Below, piece by piece: positions 40,297 to 50,621 of a stretch of 64,000 nt of DNA. Origin of the DNA: Myxococcales bacterium (GTDB lineage: Bacteria; Myxococcota; Myxococcia; Myxococcales; Myxococcaceae); contig JAUYSO010000017.1 in the NCBI GenBank assembly GCA_030696265.1, forward strand, positions 72,368 through 136,367. Reading direction: 5' to 3'. The position numbers and the translations under genes were made by a program. Within the stretch, counting starts at the first letter, position 1. The number at the start of each line of letters is the position of its first letter. Below the pieces are notes generated by a model. It saw only the letters and a list, made by a program, of their open reading frames with translations, did not search any database and was not told where the DNA came from.

Positions 40297-40544
40297 AGGG
40301 ATCTCGTTCGCGTCGGCCAGGGGGCCGCGCGTGATGGTGGAAAGTCTGCTGAACGCGGAGAGGTCGGTCGACGGGCGCGCAGGCGCCTGGACTCGAGGTG
40401 AAGGACGGTCGTCGGTCACCCGAGTGCGCGGAACTTCAGCGCGCCCGGACCAGAGCTTCGAGCAGCACCAGGCTGCGCTGCGAGCTGACGACGAGCGGAG
40501 GCATGGTCAGCGTGACGTCCAAGTCATCGAAGGCTGACGACACC

Positions 40545-42557
40545 TCAACCCGCGTCGGGCAGCACGAGTTCGTCGGGCGCACCACCGTCACCACTCTCGG
40601 CTTCGATGACTGCGCCGCCATCGAAGTCGAACGTCTCCACGTCCGGCTCGACGGTCTCTTCGCGCGGCACATGGGGCGCGGCAGCGCTCAACGGCAGACA
40701 CGTCCACGGCTCGAAGAGCGTCGCCTTGCGGCTCAGCTGCAGCCCCGCCTGGAAACACAGCCGCCGCCGTTGAATGAGCTCGTTCTCTCGCCACGAGACG
40801 TCACCGTTGCGAACCCACGTGCGGTCGTACTCGTCGAGCGAGCTCTCGGGCCCCGGCCGATAGCGGAGCACGAGCCTCGGGTACTCCTCTGCTGGCTCGG
40901 CTGACACCTCGATGCCGTACCACTCGTCTTGCGTCACCAGCTTCGTCTGCGGCCGCGGGAGCGCATCGACCAGCGCGCGTCGTGCCTCGAGCGTCTTCTC
41001 GACCGCCGCGAAGAAGTCGTCGGCGACGAGCGACAGGTCCATGCCCGCCAGCTGGAACGTCGCCTGCCACAACGCCGCACCGCCCAGCTTCGGCGGCAGC
41101 TGCTCGTCCCCGAACGCGCGGAGCAGCTTGTGAATCGACGTGGGCCCGTACCGCTTCACCATCGCGTCGATGAGCCCGCGGCCGATGACGTACTTGAGGT
41201 CGTCGTCCCCGTTCCGAGTGAAGGTCTCGAAGTCGATGATGTCGGTGAGGTGCAGCTCGTTTCGGTCGAGGAGCGCCGCGAGCACCAGCTGCTCCTCGTC
41301 GGGGTGCGTGAGGAAGTGGCCTTCGACCCACGACGCCAGGCCCTCGTCGAGCACCCGCGCGTTCGACCAGCGCCTGAAGCCCTCTTCTCCGATGAGCCGG
41401 CGGGCGACGACGTGGCTGGTCTCGTGCGCCAACGTCGCGACGGCTTCGTCATCGGCGCGCATGCGGATGCGGTCCATGAAGGCGGTGCCCACGGTGTTCC
41501 GCATCGAGCCCGAGAGGTCGACGAGAATGGGCGTGCCACCGTCGGCGCCGAGCAGCTCGCTCACCTGCACGAACGTCGCGTCAGCCTTCTCGGCGAGCTC
41601 GAGCGCGGCCTTCGACTCGATGCTCGGGTAGCTGAACTCGTAGTGCGCGGTGGTGGTGCTTGCCGGGGCCGACTCGGGGACGTTCTCGAGGTCGGGCTCG
41701 TTCGACGTCGCGCTGCCGCCCGAGTCCGTCTTCCACCAGAGCGCGAGCGCCCAGACGATGGCGCCGAGGGTCAGCAAGGTGACGAGGGCTCCGACGACGG
41801 GCCGGTTCACGGTGATGGAGCGGCTGCGGCCCGCGCGAACGAACAGGCCCCACGAGACGAGCGTGCACGCCGTCGCGATCGCCGCCTGGGCGCCGATGAC
41901 CTCGAGCTCGTAGTTCCACCTGACGCCCTCGACGCCCGACTCCACCAGCCGCAGCGGGTCGAGCATGGCCAGCCGCGGCACGAAGTGAATGAGCCGCTGC
42001 AGGCCCGCCGCGACGACGCCGACCAGCATCCACGTGAGGCTCCGCGCGAAGCCCAGCAGCGTGCCAGCCGCCAGGAACGTGGCCATCAACTGCAGCTGCA
42101 TGAGGAACGCACCCAGCAGGATGTTCCAGTGAAACGGCGCATCGAGGCTGCCTCGCGCGAAGGCGTGCTCGAAGACGGCCCAGCCGAGCTGAAAGAACGG
42201 AAACGCCGACAGCACCAGCATCGCGGCCAGCAGCTTCACGAAGAAGACGCGGCTGCGCGTCACCGGCAACGCATCGAGGAACGCGAGCGTGCCTTCATCG
42301 CGCTCCTTCACCGAGACGCCAGTGCCGAGCGCCAGCGCCACGATGCCGAAGATGAGCGGCAGCGGCATCGACGCGACAGAGGAGAACGTCTCCGCCAGCG
42401 AGCGGAACGCAGACTCGGTCACCACGACGTCGAACACCGTCGCGCCCATCAGGACGACGGCGAAGACGAGGTACGGCCGCAGCGCTCGGAGCTCCTTGAG
42501 GAGCAGCGTCTTCGTCACGGGAGCACCCGCCACGACTGCAGCACGCGCGCGCTGCAC
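40545..42557 (-). CDS. ABC-2-type exporter permease fused to a periplasmic HExxH (zincin-like) domain
   Basis: N-terminal about 270 aa with 6 TM helices, a seventh TM, then a large soluble domain containing HETSH (AHETSHVVARR) with a downstream Glu (DEGLASWVEGHF). 670 aa. Confidence 0.7.
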   Translation of the reverse strand: MQRARAAVVAGAPVTKTLLLKELRALRPYLVFAVVLMGATVFDVVVTESAFRSLAETFSSVASMPLPLIFGIVALALGTGVSVKERDEGTLAFLDALPVTRSRVFFVKLLAAMLVLSAFPFFQLGWAVFEHAFARGSLDAPFHWNILLGAFLMQLQLMATFLAAGTLLGFARSLTWMLVGVVAAGLQRLIHFVPRLAMLDPLRLVESGVEGVRWNYELEVIGAQAAIATACTLVSWGLFVRAGRSRSITVNRPVVGALVTLLTLGAIVWALALWWKTDSGGSATSNEPDLENVPESAPASTTTAHYEFSYPSIESKAALELAEKADATFVQVSELLGADGGTPILVDLSGSMRNTVGTAFMDRIRMRADDEAVATLAHETSHVVARRLIGEEGFRRWSNARVLDEGLASWVEGHFLTHPDEEQLVLAALLDRNELHLTDIIDFETFTRNGDDDLKYVIGRGLIDAMVKRYGPTSIHKLLRAFGDEQLPPKLGGAALWQATFQLAGMDLSLVADDFFAAVEKTLEARRALVDALPRPQTKLVTQDEWYGIEVSAEPAEEYPRLVLRYRPGPESSLDEYDRTWVRNGDVSWRENELIQRRRLCFQAGLQLSRKATLFEPWTCLPLSAAAPHVPREETVEPDVETFDFDGGAVIEAESGDGGAPDELVLPDAG

Positions 42558-44329
42558 TTCAGCTCGGGGTCGTCGACCTCGATGGCCACGAAGAGCCGCT
42601 CGCCAGACGAGAACGTCGACGCCGCCATCGCCTCGCCGCCGCGCGCGTCGACGCGGGCCGCTTCGCTGTCACCGATGCCCTGCTGCCAGGGGCCGGTCGA
42701 CGCCGTGAGCCCGCGCCACCGAGACACCGGCTCACCGTGCTTCGTCAGGGAGAACCTCAGCCGGGTCTGCCCGCCACCTTGCGGCACCAGCTCGACTCCG
42801 CCCTCGTACCCGAGCGAACCACCCGCGTTGCGGCGAGCCGCATCAGCGCGCGCCACCAGCGCTTCGAAGGGCACCTTCTTCTCAGCGAGCATCGCGACGA
42901 GCTTCTTCTCGAAGAGCATGTCTCGCAGGTCGCGGTGCGGCTTCACGAAGGTGCTCCGGGCCAGCTCGATGACCTGCGCCTCGCCGAGTTCGTCGATGAG
43001 CGCGTCGACCAGGGTGAAGCTGATGCCCATGCCGAAGCAGTCTCCCGCCGCTTCGAACGTCTCGTTCCATCGCTGCACCGACTCGACCGTCAGCCCGATG
43101 GGCGAGGCCGCCGCGCGCTTCCTCAGCAGCGCACGAGCGTCGGCATCTCCGCGCACCGTCCAGTACGAGGCGAAGCCGTCGAGCAGCCAGTGCCGGTCCT
43201 CCTCCAGCGCCCGCGACGCCGTCACGTCGCCGACGATGGAGTGGAGGATGCGGTAGCGCAGGTTGATGGCGTCGAAGCGCGGGTCGGCGAGGTTCGCGCG
43301 GTAGACGATGCCGTCCTTCTCTCCCAGCGGCACGCGGAGCATCACGTCGGGGTCGAGCCCTCGCTGCGACACCACGTAGACGCCGGCCAGCTTCGGGTAC
43401 TGCATCGCCTGCACGAAGGTGACGACGTCGACGGCCATCGACTCGACCAGCGCCTCCGCCACCTCGTCGCTCACGCCGTCTCCGGGCAACACGCCGATGG
43501 GCCCCACGGGAGAGTCCTTCGGCGTCACCGACTCGAGCGCGAACGCGGGCCGGTCTCGATGCCGCGTCAGCACGCTGAAGAGCATGAAGCCGACGAGCAC
43601 CACGCTGAACGAGAGGATTCGCTCGCGTGACGTCATGCGGCCCGAGAGCGTCGCGGCGATGCTGCCCTCGCCGGCCGTCGCGAGCAGCAGCCCCAGCCCC
43701 AGGCCCAGCGCCGTGATGACGAGACAGGCGACGACGTCGATGGTGGCGGGCCACGCGTTCGCGACGGCGAGGGCTTCGGAGACGATGTGGAACGGCGGCG
43801 TCTCCATCACCTGTACCTGACCGACCTCGTCGAGCGCGTAGAGGAGCAACCCGAAGACGACCCAGAAGAGCAGCCGGTAACGCCCGAGCAGGCCCGCGAC
43901 GAAGCACGTCGACCAGAACGTGGTGAGCCACAGCAGCGCAGGCACCAGCGCGTGGAGCGCGTCTTCGAACGGCACTGGCAGCGTGCGCGCCTGCCACCAC
44001 CACGTCGCGCCCCAGGCAGACGCGGCCGCGAGCGACACCCAGCCCCACCCGAAGAGCCACTTCGCCAGCGCGACGCGTAGCCGGCTGATGGGCAGCACCT
44101 CGAGGAACAGCTGCGTCTTGCCGGTGTACTCGCGCACCACGAGGCGGTTGCCGGCGACGAGCGCCGCGACGAGGCCGTAGGTGAGGAGGAAGTCCTTCAG
44201 CGCCGAGAAGCGGCCGCCCTCTTCGTCACCGCGGTTGAGCGACACGGCGAGGCCCAAGCCGAAGAGGACGAAGAGCACGGAGAGGACCCAGCCGTGCTCA
44301 CGCAACTCCTTGAGGACGATGCGTCTCAT
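42515..44329 (-). CDS. ABC-2-type exporter permease paralog with a degenerate zincin-like domain
   Basis: Start at the internal ATG at 44329 (MRRIVLKELREHGWVLSVLFVLFG). Same architecture as 40545..42557, but the HExxH position reads ILHSIVGD. 604 aa. Confidence 0.65.
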   Translation of the reverse strand: MRRIVLKELREHGWVLSVLFVLFGLGLAVSLNRGDEEGGRFSALKDFLLTYGLVAALVAGNRLVVREYTGKTQLFLEVLPISRLRVALAKWLFGWGWVSLAAASAWGATWWWQARTLPVPFEDALHALVPALLWLTTFWSTCFVAGLLGRYRLLFWVVFGLLLYALDEVGQVQVMETPPFHIVSEALAVANAWPATIDVVACLVITALGLGLGLLLATAGEGSIAATLSGRMTSRERILSFSVVLVGFMLFSVLTRHRDRPAFALESVTPKDSPVGPIGVLPGDGVSDEVAEALVESMAVDVVTFVQAMQYPKLAGVYVVSQRGLDPDVMLRVPLGEKDGIVYRANLADPRFDAINLRYRILHSIVGDVTASRALEEDRHWLLDGFASYWTVRGDADARALLRKRAAASPIGLTVESVQRWNETFEAAGDCFGMGISFTLVDALIDELGEAQVIELARSTFVKPHRDLRDMLFEKKLVAMLAEKKVPFEALVARADAARRNAGGSLGYEGGVELVPQGGGQTRLRFSLTKHGEPVSRWRGLTASTGPWQQGIGDSEAARVDARGGEAMAASTFSSGERLFVAIEVDDPELKCSARVLQSWRVLP

Positions 44330-45186
44330 GCCGCAGTGGCGAGCGCGTCGGTGCGTGCGAAGGCGAGGAAGACGTCTTCGAGGCTGAGCGGCTCGATGAC
44401 GGTGCCCTCGGGGAAGAGTGTGGCGCTCCAGACTTCCGGCGTCGCGCGCCAGACGTCTCCACGCACCACCTCGAAGCCTGGCGGGAGCTCGACCAACGGC
44501 TCGGGCGGGCGCACCCGCTTCACCGACTCGAGCAGCCACGGCACCTCACCCTCGATGCGCATCTTGCCCGACTGGATGATGCCGACGCGGTGGGCCACCT
44601 GCTGCACCTCGTCGACGAGGTGCGAGGACAGGAAGGCGGTGCAGCCGCGCTCCTTCACGATGGTGGAGACGAGGTCGTTGAACTCGCGGCGCGCGACGGG
44701 GTCGAGGCCGGTGGTGGGCTCGTCGAGCAGCAGCAGGTCAGGCCGTGGCGCCAGCGCGAGCGCGAGGCCCAGCTTGGTGCGCGTGCCTCCGGAGAGCTCC
44801 TGCGCGCGTTTGTCGAGCGAGACGTCGAGCAGCTTCGCGAGCCGCTCGAACTCGGGCTGGTCCCACGTCGGGTAGAAGCCCTTCACGAAGCGGCCGAGCT
44901 CTCGGCCCGTCATCCACGGGTAGAAGTGCTGCTCCTGCGAGACCGAGCCGATGCGGCGCTTCAGCTCGACGGGCACCTTCTTCAGCTGCTGGCCGAGCAG
45001 CTCGACCGTTCCCGCGTCGGCGTGCAGCACCCCGGTGAGGATGCGCAGCGTCGTCGTCTTGCCCGCGCCGTTGCGGCCCAGGAAGCCGTAGATTTCGCCC
45101 TGCCGTACCGCGAGCGAGAGTCCGTCGAGGGCGATGGCTTTTCCAAACCGTCGCCGTACGTCGGTCAGCCTCAATGCGTCAGTCAC
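44326..45186 (-). CDS. ABC transporter ATP-binding protein
   Basis: Walker A GRNGAGKTT, signature LSGGTRTKL, Walker B LLLLDEPTTGLD. Overlaps the following permease start by 4 nt. Confidence 0.9.
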   Translation of the reverse strand: MTDALRLTDVRRRFGKAIALDGLSLAVRQGEIYGFLGRNGAGKTTTLRILTGVLHADAGTVELLGQQLKKVPVELKRRIGSVSQEQHFYPWMTGRELGRFVKGFYPTWDQPEFERLAKLLDVSLDKRAQELSGGTRTKLGLALALAPRPDLLLLDEPTTGLDPVARREFNDLVSTIVKERGCTAFLSSHLVDEVQQVAHRVGIIQSGKMRIEGEVPWLLESVKRVRPPEPLVELPPGFEVVRGDVWRATPEVWSATLFPEGTVIEPLSLEDVFLAFARTDALATAA

Positions 45187-45215
45187 GGCGAGCAGTATGG
45201 CACCCCGTCAGCGCG

Positions 45216-46229
45216 TCACCACTGCTCGGGCGTCGGCTCCTTCGCGGCTTTTCGCTCGATCGTGCTGTCTCGGTACGCCGAGCTGCGAGCGCGCATCATC
45301 GCGCCGAGGGGCCGGAACTCGACGGGCGCGTGCCACGGGTCGAACGAGAAAGACTCGACGAGCGCCGACAGCGCCCTGCCCTGCTCGCTCCCCGGGTCCT
45401 GCACCGGCACGGAGACGTCGGCGATGTCGGTCCACGGCGATTCCCACACCTTCGTCGGATCTTCGATGGGCGTCTGCGCTTCGCTCTCGAACGGCTGAAT
45501 GCGCAGCGCCCACTTCAGCGGAGCGGCCGTCACACGCGCGCGCACGTCATCGGCGAAGCGCGTGTGCTCGTTCGTCACCGGCGTCGCAGGCTTCGGAGGA
45601 TTCACCGGCACGAAGCCGTACTTCACCGCCGCGTCGCCCCAGCGAATCGGGAGCACGGAGTAGAACGGCTGCTCGACCATCGAGTCGACGCGCTCGGCCA
45701 TGCCCTTCTGCAGCACGCCGAGCACTCGAAAGGCATCGAGCCCGAGCGTTCCCAGAATGCGGGGCAAGGCGAGCAGCTTCGGCCCGTTCGCGGCGCGCAC
45801 CACGCCGACGAAGTCTCCCGGCGTCTTGAACGGCATCGACTGCGTGAGGATGCCGAGGAAGTCCATCGTGGGCGCGGCCTCCATGCCGGGGATGAGCTTG
45901 GTGCCACCCACGCCGGTCATTTTCAGCGCGAGCCCGCGCACGTCGGGCGCCTTGTCGCTCGCGTGCACCGGACTGCCATTCGAGAGCCGCAGCCACGCCT
46001 TGAACGTCGCAGGCGCCGCGAACGGCCCGACGCGCGCCCACTCGGGCAACCCGTCACGCACCGTCACCTCGGCCTTGAGCCCGACGTGCTGCTTCGCGTG
46101 GAGCGCGCGGCTGACGCTCCCGTGCGCCTTCTCTTTGGCGCGCTGCACCTCACGCAGCACGGCAGCGAGGCCGTCGAACAGCGCTCGCTCGTTGGGGGCG
46201 ACGACTTCTTTCCAATCAGTGGCGGGCAT
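45216..46229 (-). CDS. Catalase-related haem protein (small catalase-family/peroxidase-like)
   Basis: Catalase distal-site motif RALHAKQHVG; APDVRGLALK; proximal Tyr region RARSSAYRDS. About 337 aa from the internal ATG at 46229. Confidence 0.7.
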   Translation of the reverse strand: MPATDWKEVVAPNERALFDGLAAVLREVQRAKEKAHGSVSRALHAKQHVGLKAEVTVRDGLPEWARVGPFAAPATFKAWLRLSNGSPVHASDKAPDVRGLALKMTGVGGTKLIPGMEAAPTMDFLGILTQSMPFKTPGDFVGVVRAANGPKLLALPRILGTLGLDAFRVLGVLQKGMAERVDSMVEQPFYSVLPIRWGDAAVKYGFVPVNPPKPATPVTNEHTRFADDVRARVTAAPLKWALRIQPFESEAQTPIEDPTKVWESPWTDIADVSVPVQDPGSEQGRALSALVESFSFDPWHAPVEFRPLGAMMRARSSAYRDSTIERKAAKEPTPEQW

Positions 46230-46308
46230 GCGGCGCCTTCCACACCACCCTCGCCACTCGAGCAAGCCGCTTTCTTGAGCGCGGCCACAGCGTCGCTACC
46301 CTGTGCGC

Positions 46309-46761
46309 ATGGACAAGCACTTCCTCGCCATGCAGCTGCAGACGAAGCTCCGCGCGGCGTACGAGACGGCGTTGCGCTACGCCGAAGACGCCCGGGTCGA
46401 TGCCCAGTCGGGCGCGCCACGCGCGGTGAACATCGCCTCGGCCGCGAAGACGCGCCTGCAGGCCGCCGAGGCGTCGTGGGCCGCCGCCGCCGACTTCAAG
46501 CCCGTGCCGCTGAAGAAGGGCTCGCTCATCGGCCTGGGTGCGCTCGTCGAGGTCGAAGACGGTGACGCGGGCAAGACGCTCTTCGTCGCTCCGGCGGGCG
46601 CAGGTGAAGAGCTCACCGGGCCTGATGGAGACGGCTTTCTGCACGTGGTGACGCCCGGCTCGCCGCTCGGCAAGGCCCTCGTCGGCCGCAAGGTGGGCGA
46701 CGTCGTCGAGGTGATGGTGAAGGGCGAGCTCGCCGAGTGGGAGATCACCTGGGCGTCGTGA
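46309..46761 (+). CDS. GreA/GreB-family elongation factor-like protein
   Basis: C-terminal FKBP-like Gre domain (VVTPGSPLGKALVGRKVGDVVEV...GELAEWEI). The N-terminal helical hairpin lacks the conserved acidic tip residues. 150 aa. Confidence 0.65.
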   Translation: MDKHFLAMQLQTKLRAAYETALRYAEDARVDAQSGAPRAVNIASAAKTRLQAAEASWAAAADFKPVPLKKGSLIGLGALVEVEDGDAGKTLFVAPAGAGEELTGPDGDGFLHVVTPGSPLGKALVGRKVGDVVEVMVKGELAEWEITWAS

Positions 46762-46764
46762 GCG

Positions 46765-48186
46765 CTACCTGATGAGCGCGTCGATGGGCACAGGCGACTG
46801 GTTCGAGATGTGCCCGAACGACAGCCCCATCGACTTCAGCAGCGTCGCGTGAACGTCAGGCGGGCGAATCACGTTGCCGCTCGCCGCGTTGAGGGCGCCG
46901 TTCGCGAAGTTCCACTTCGTCACACCCATGCCGGTGTTGGTCGACGCGCCGAAGACGGTGTTGCCCCTGATGCCGGGGCCCGCCACGAGGCAGCTCGAGA
47001 CGAGGTGGTGATCGCGGCCTTCACGCGTGTTGATCATCGGCGTGCGCGAGAACTCGCTGAACACCATCAGGTTGGTGCACTGCCACATGTTCTTCGCGGT
47101 GCCCGGCGCCTGCTTCGTCTTGAGGTACGCGATGAGGCGGCCGAGCGCGTCGAAGCCGGTGCGCAGCGACGCCGGCTGCTGCGTCGACCAGTCGAAGTGG
47201 TCGTCGAGGTCTTCGCCGAGGGTGACGGAGACGACCTGTGAGACGCCGCTCGCGAGCGCCTGCGCCGCGACGGCCGCACGGCCACGAGGCCCGGTGAGGT
47301 CGGATGCGGTGGTGAGGCCGAATGCGCTGAAGAGGTCGGTCAGCGGCGCTGGCGGCGGCAGCACGAAGTTGAACAGCGAGGCCTTCGTGGGGTTCATCAG
47401 GTTGCGGCCGAGCGCGCGCGCGTCTTTGAACGCGTCGGTCAGCCCGTTGGCGTTGAAGCCGTGCGCCGTGCACGAGTCGGGCGTCGTCATCTCGTACGAG
47501 GTGAGCGCGGTGTTCGAGGCGGCGGGCAACGTGGCGCCGGCCTGCGGCTGCATGACGGTGAGCAGGTCGCGGAAGCTGGCGACGCTGACCGCGCTCGCGC
47601 TCGGAGGCAGACCTTCGTTGTAGGTCTCGACGTTCATCGCCAGGTTCGGCACGTCGGTCTGCGCGCCCATCTGCGCGGCGAACGCGGTGTTGAGGCTCGA
47701 GCCCGACGCGACGAGGCCGCGGGGGAACTTGCCGGTGATGAGGTACCGGCGGCCCACCTCGTGGGTCAGCGTGTCCATCTGCATGCCGCGAATGATGGCG
47801 AGGTCGGGCGCGTGCTGGAGGAGCGACTGCGGCACCGCGGGACCGAAGGAGAGGTTGCCGCTCGTCTGAACGCCCGAGCCGCCCGTCGCGGTCAGCACCT
47901 GGGCCACGCCCGTGTCGTCGGCGCCGGCGAGATCGTACGCAGGCTGAATACGCGTCGCCGGTGCGCGGCCGGCGATGACCTGGAACTGCGGGTCGTTCTG
48001 CGGCCGGGGGTCGAGCGCGAGCAGCTGGTCCCACCCGCCCGCGAAGTAGACGACGAGCAGGTACTTCGGGTCGCCGCCCGCCTGCGCGAAGGCCTGGCTG
48101 CCGAGCGGCGACTGCTGAAGGACGAGGCCTCCACCGGCCACGCTGAGGATCTCGAGGAAGTTGCGACGCGAGAGGGAAGGCTTCAT
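46765..48186 (-). CDS. Tat-exported DUF1501-type (sulfatase-like) protein
   Basis: Twin-arginine signal (SRRNFLEILSVAGGGLVL). YFAGGWDQLLALDPRP resembles the DUF1501 GGxSQxDTFDPKP block. 473 aa. Confidence 0.6.
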   Translation of the reverse strand: MKPSLSRRNFLEILSVAGGGLVLQQSPLGSQAFAQAGGDPKYLLVVYFAGGWDQLLALDPRPQNDPQFQVIAGRAPATRIQPAYDLAGADDTGVAQVLTATGGSGVQTSGNLSFGPAVPQSLLQHAPDLAIIRGMQMDTLTHEVGRRYLITGKFPRGLVASGSSLNTAFAAQMGAQTDVPNLAMNVETYNEGLPPSASAVSVASFRDLLTVMQPQAGATLPAASNTALTSYEMTTPDSCTAHGFNANGLTDAFKDARALGRNLMNPTKASLFNFVLPPPAPLTDLFSAFGLTTASDLTGPRGRAAVAAQALASGVSQVVSVTLGEDLDDHFDWSTQQPASLRTGFDALGRLIAYLKTKQAPGTAKNMWQCTNLMVFSEFSRTPMINTREGRDHHLVSSCLVAGPGIRGNTVFGASTNTGMGVTKWNFANGALNAASGNVIRPPDVHATLLKSMGLSFGHISNQSPVPIDALIR

Positions 48187-48205
48187 GGCGGTCGTCTCGT
48201 GTGAA

Positions 48206-48964
48206 TCAGTAGAGGTGGTACTCAGGAGCCATCAGGAGCGCGACGCACACGGTGCGCCACCCTTCCCTCACGTGCGCGGCGGTCGGCGTCGCAGTGCCGG
48301 CAGCCCCCTTCACGGCGTCGTCGAACAGCTTGCGCAGCGGCGCCAGCGTCGCGTCGTCACCCGCCGCGACCTTCATGCCGTGGAAGCGCAGCTTGAGGTG
48401 CATCAGGTTCTGGTCGATGGCCGTGCGGTTGGTCGCCAGCGTGTCGGTCAACGAGACCGTCTTGTAGAGCACACGCAGGTTGGGGGCCTTCGTCTGGTCG
48501 GCCGTGACGGTGCGGGTGCACGCGTCCTTGGCGGCGTCGTCCATGAACTTCAGGAAGAGCGACGACGGCTCGAGGTTCTCGTCGACGACCGAGATGTAGT
48601 CGGGCTCGCCCAGCGTGCGGCTGCGGCTGGTGAAGCCGTTCGTGTTCCCCACCATCCACGTCGAGCCGCCGAGCGCGATGGTCATCGAGTTCGCGAGCTG
48701 CCGAACCGACAGGCGCTGCGAGCCGGCAGACGCCGGGCCCGTCATCACCATGCCGCCACCAGCCGAGCCACCACCGGCAGCGCCGCCACCCGACGCTCCA
48801 CCACCCGCGCCGCCCCCGAGAATCGCAGGGTGGTCGAACGGCAACGCCGGGCCGTCAGGCGTGATGACGATCGACGGGTCCTTCACCACCGGCGGCGGCT
48901 CCACGGGCGCCTGGGTGCACGCGCCCAACACCACCACCAGACACCCAGCGCTCAAGCGCTTCAT
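48206..48964 (-). CDS. Hypothetical lipoprotein with a Gly-rich linker
   Basis: Start at the internal ATG 48964 (MKRLSAGCLVVVLGACTQ lipobox), poly-Gly linker, 253 aa. The upstream part of the ORF-track entry is Arg/His-rich junk. Confidence 0.55.
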   Translation of the reverse strand: MKRLSAGCLVVVLGACTQAPVEPPPVVKDPSIVITPDGPALPFDHPAILGGGAGGGASGGGAAGGGSAGGGMVMTGPASAGSQRLSVRQLANSMTIALGGSTWMVGNTNGFTSRSRTLGEPDYISVVDENLEPSSLFLKFMDDAAKDACTRTVTADQTKAPNLRVLYKTVSLTDTLATNRTAIDQNLMHLKLRFHGMKVAAGDDATLAPLRKLFDDAVKGAAGTATPTAAHVREGWRTVCVALLMAPEYHLY

Positions 48965-50592
48965 CGGACCCTCCGGTACTGCGGCTGCGTGACGATCTGC
49001 TCGACGAGCCACGGCAGGCTGTAGTTGTTCGTCTTGAAGCCGGCAGAGAGCGACTCGAGCGTCGCGAGCTCGTCGGTCGCGGCTCCCGAGATGCGCATGT
49101 CGCGCTTCATGAGGCTCGTCCACGCGCGCTTCACGGTGCAGCGGGCGAAGGTGCCGTTGGCGAGCGACTCGTTGACGCGCTTGCGAGGGCCGCCGGCGAG
49201 CGCGCTGGTGATGTCGGGGTGCTGCGCATCGGCGAACTGGTACGGCAGCAGCGCGCCCTTGTTGTCGGCGTCGTTGCTCGTCACGTAGAAGCGGTTGCAG
49301 ATGGCGTTGGAGCTGCCCACGCAGTTGGTCCGCATGCGGGGCCACGCGGTGAGGTCGGTCAGCAGCGAGGTGCCGGCCTCGGCGAACTGGCCCCAGTGAC
49401 TCGACAGCGGCTCGAGGCCCCGGTGGCAGCCACGGCACGTGCAGCGCCTCGTCAAGTCGTCGGAGTCGGCCGAGCAGTTGTCGGCGGCCGGCTCTTCGAG
49501 GCGAGACGGCGGCACGTACGACTCACACTCGAAGTCGACGCGGTAGCGGTTGCCACGCGCACGGTTCGTCTGAAAGCGCAGCAGGTAGGCCATCGAGGTC
49601 AACGCACCGGCGTGCAGGTCCGAGCCGCGGTCGACGGTGGTCCACGTCGTGTCCGAGAACGGCTTGGCCACTGCGGGCTCCGTCGGGTCGGGGATCGACC
49701 AGATGCGGTTGACCGACAGGTTCGCGGCGAGGTCGCGCTTCCAGTGCGCGAGCGGGCCGTTGACGGGCACGCTGCGGGTCAGCACCAGGTCGGTGTACGG
49801 CTGGCCGCCGGTCGAGACGCGGTCGACGAGCAGGTTGAGCTGCTCACGCGCCGAGCTCGCGATGACGCTGCGCACCGCAGCCGTCGGCCCGAAGCAGAAC
49901 TTGAGGCCGGCGCCACACCCGCAGGCGATGTTGCCGTTGGTCTCGTAGTGGCCGCACGACAGCGTGCGCGCGGCGGTGCCCGTGCCGATGGTGACGGTCT
50001 CGGTCTCTTGCGCGTCGTAGGCGCAGACCTTGATGGGCGTGGTCGACCAGTACGGCGTCACCATGCGCCAGCCCTCTTGCCGGACCGTGACGGTGCCCAC
50101 CACCGTGGTGCGAATGCCGGCCGGGTCGGGGCGGAAGCCGCCACCGGGCAGGAACATCGTCTGCTGAAAGTCACCGCACTGCAGGCCGTGCGTGGTGTTG
50201 GCGTCGCTGACGCCGCGGAAGGTGCGGCGACGGCCCGTCGAGCTCAACGAGTTCACCTCGGGGGGGTTGCCCGCCGTGGTGAGCTGCGAGTTGACGTTGT
50301 TGAGCGCGAGGTTGCTGATGTTCGGCCAGAACAGCTCTTCGTGGTACCGGCGCATCACCAGGCGGAAGTCGTCGCTCCCGAGGTACGCGCGAATCACCGA
50401 CGCCGGCACTGCGGTCTCGGTCTCGAGGGCCTCGTACTCGGTGACGTCGGGAATGCGGCCGCGCAGGTCGAGCGAGAGGCGGCGCAGCTCCTGGTACTTG
50501 TCGATGGCGCGGGGCTGCTGGCACTCGGCCGCCGTCTGGGCGAACGCGGTGGCCGTCAGCGCCAGCACGAGAGTGAAGACGGCTCGTCGCAT
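48961..50592 (-). CDS. Secreted cysteine-rich protein with a CxxCH motif (putative partner of the DUF1501 protein)
   Basis: Signal peptide (MRRAVFTLVLALTATAFAQ). Cys clusters (CGCGAGLKFC; CTCRGCH). 544 aa. The family assignment (DUF1549/1553/DUF1800-like) could not be made by eye. Confidence 0.55.
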   Translation of the reverse strand: MRRAVFTLVLALTATAFAQTAAECQQPRAIDKYQELRRLSLDLRGRIPDVTEYEALETETAVPASVIRAYLGSDDFRLVMRRYHEELFWPNISNLALNNVNSQLTTAGNPPEVNSLSSTGRRRTFRGVSDANTTHGLQCGDFQQTMFLPGGGFRPDPAGIRTTVVGTVTVRQEGWRMVTPYWSTTPIKVCAYDAQETETVTIGTGTAARTLSCGHYETNGNIACGCGAGLKFCFGPTAAVRSVIASSAREQLNLLVDRVSTGGQPYTDLVLTRSVPVNGPLAHWKRDLAANLSVNRIWSIPDPTEPAVAKPFSDTTWTTVDRGSDLHAGALTSMAYLLRFQTNRARGNRYRVDFECESYVPPSRLEEPAADNCSADSDDLTRRCTCRGCHRGLEPLSSHWGQFAEAGTSLLTDLTAWPRMRTNCVGSSNAICNRFYVTSNDADNKGALLPYQFADAQHPDITSALAGGPRKRVNESLANGTFARCTVKRAWTSLMKRDMRISGAATDELATLESLSAGFKTNNYSLPWLVEQIVTQPQYRRVR

Positions 50593-50621
50593 GGTCCCTC
50601 CGGGAATCGAAACAGTCGTGC

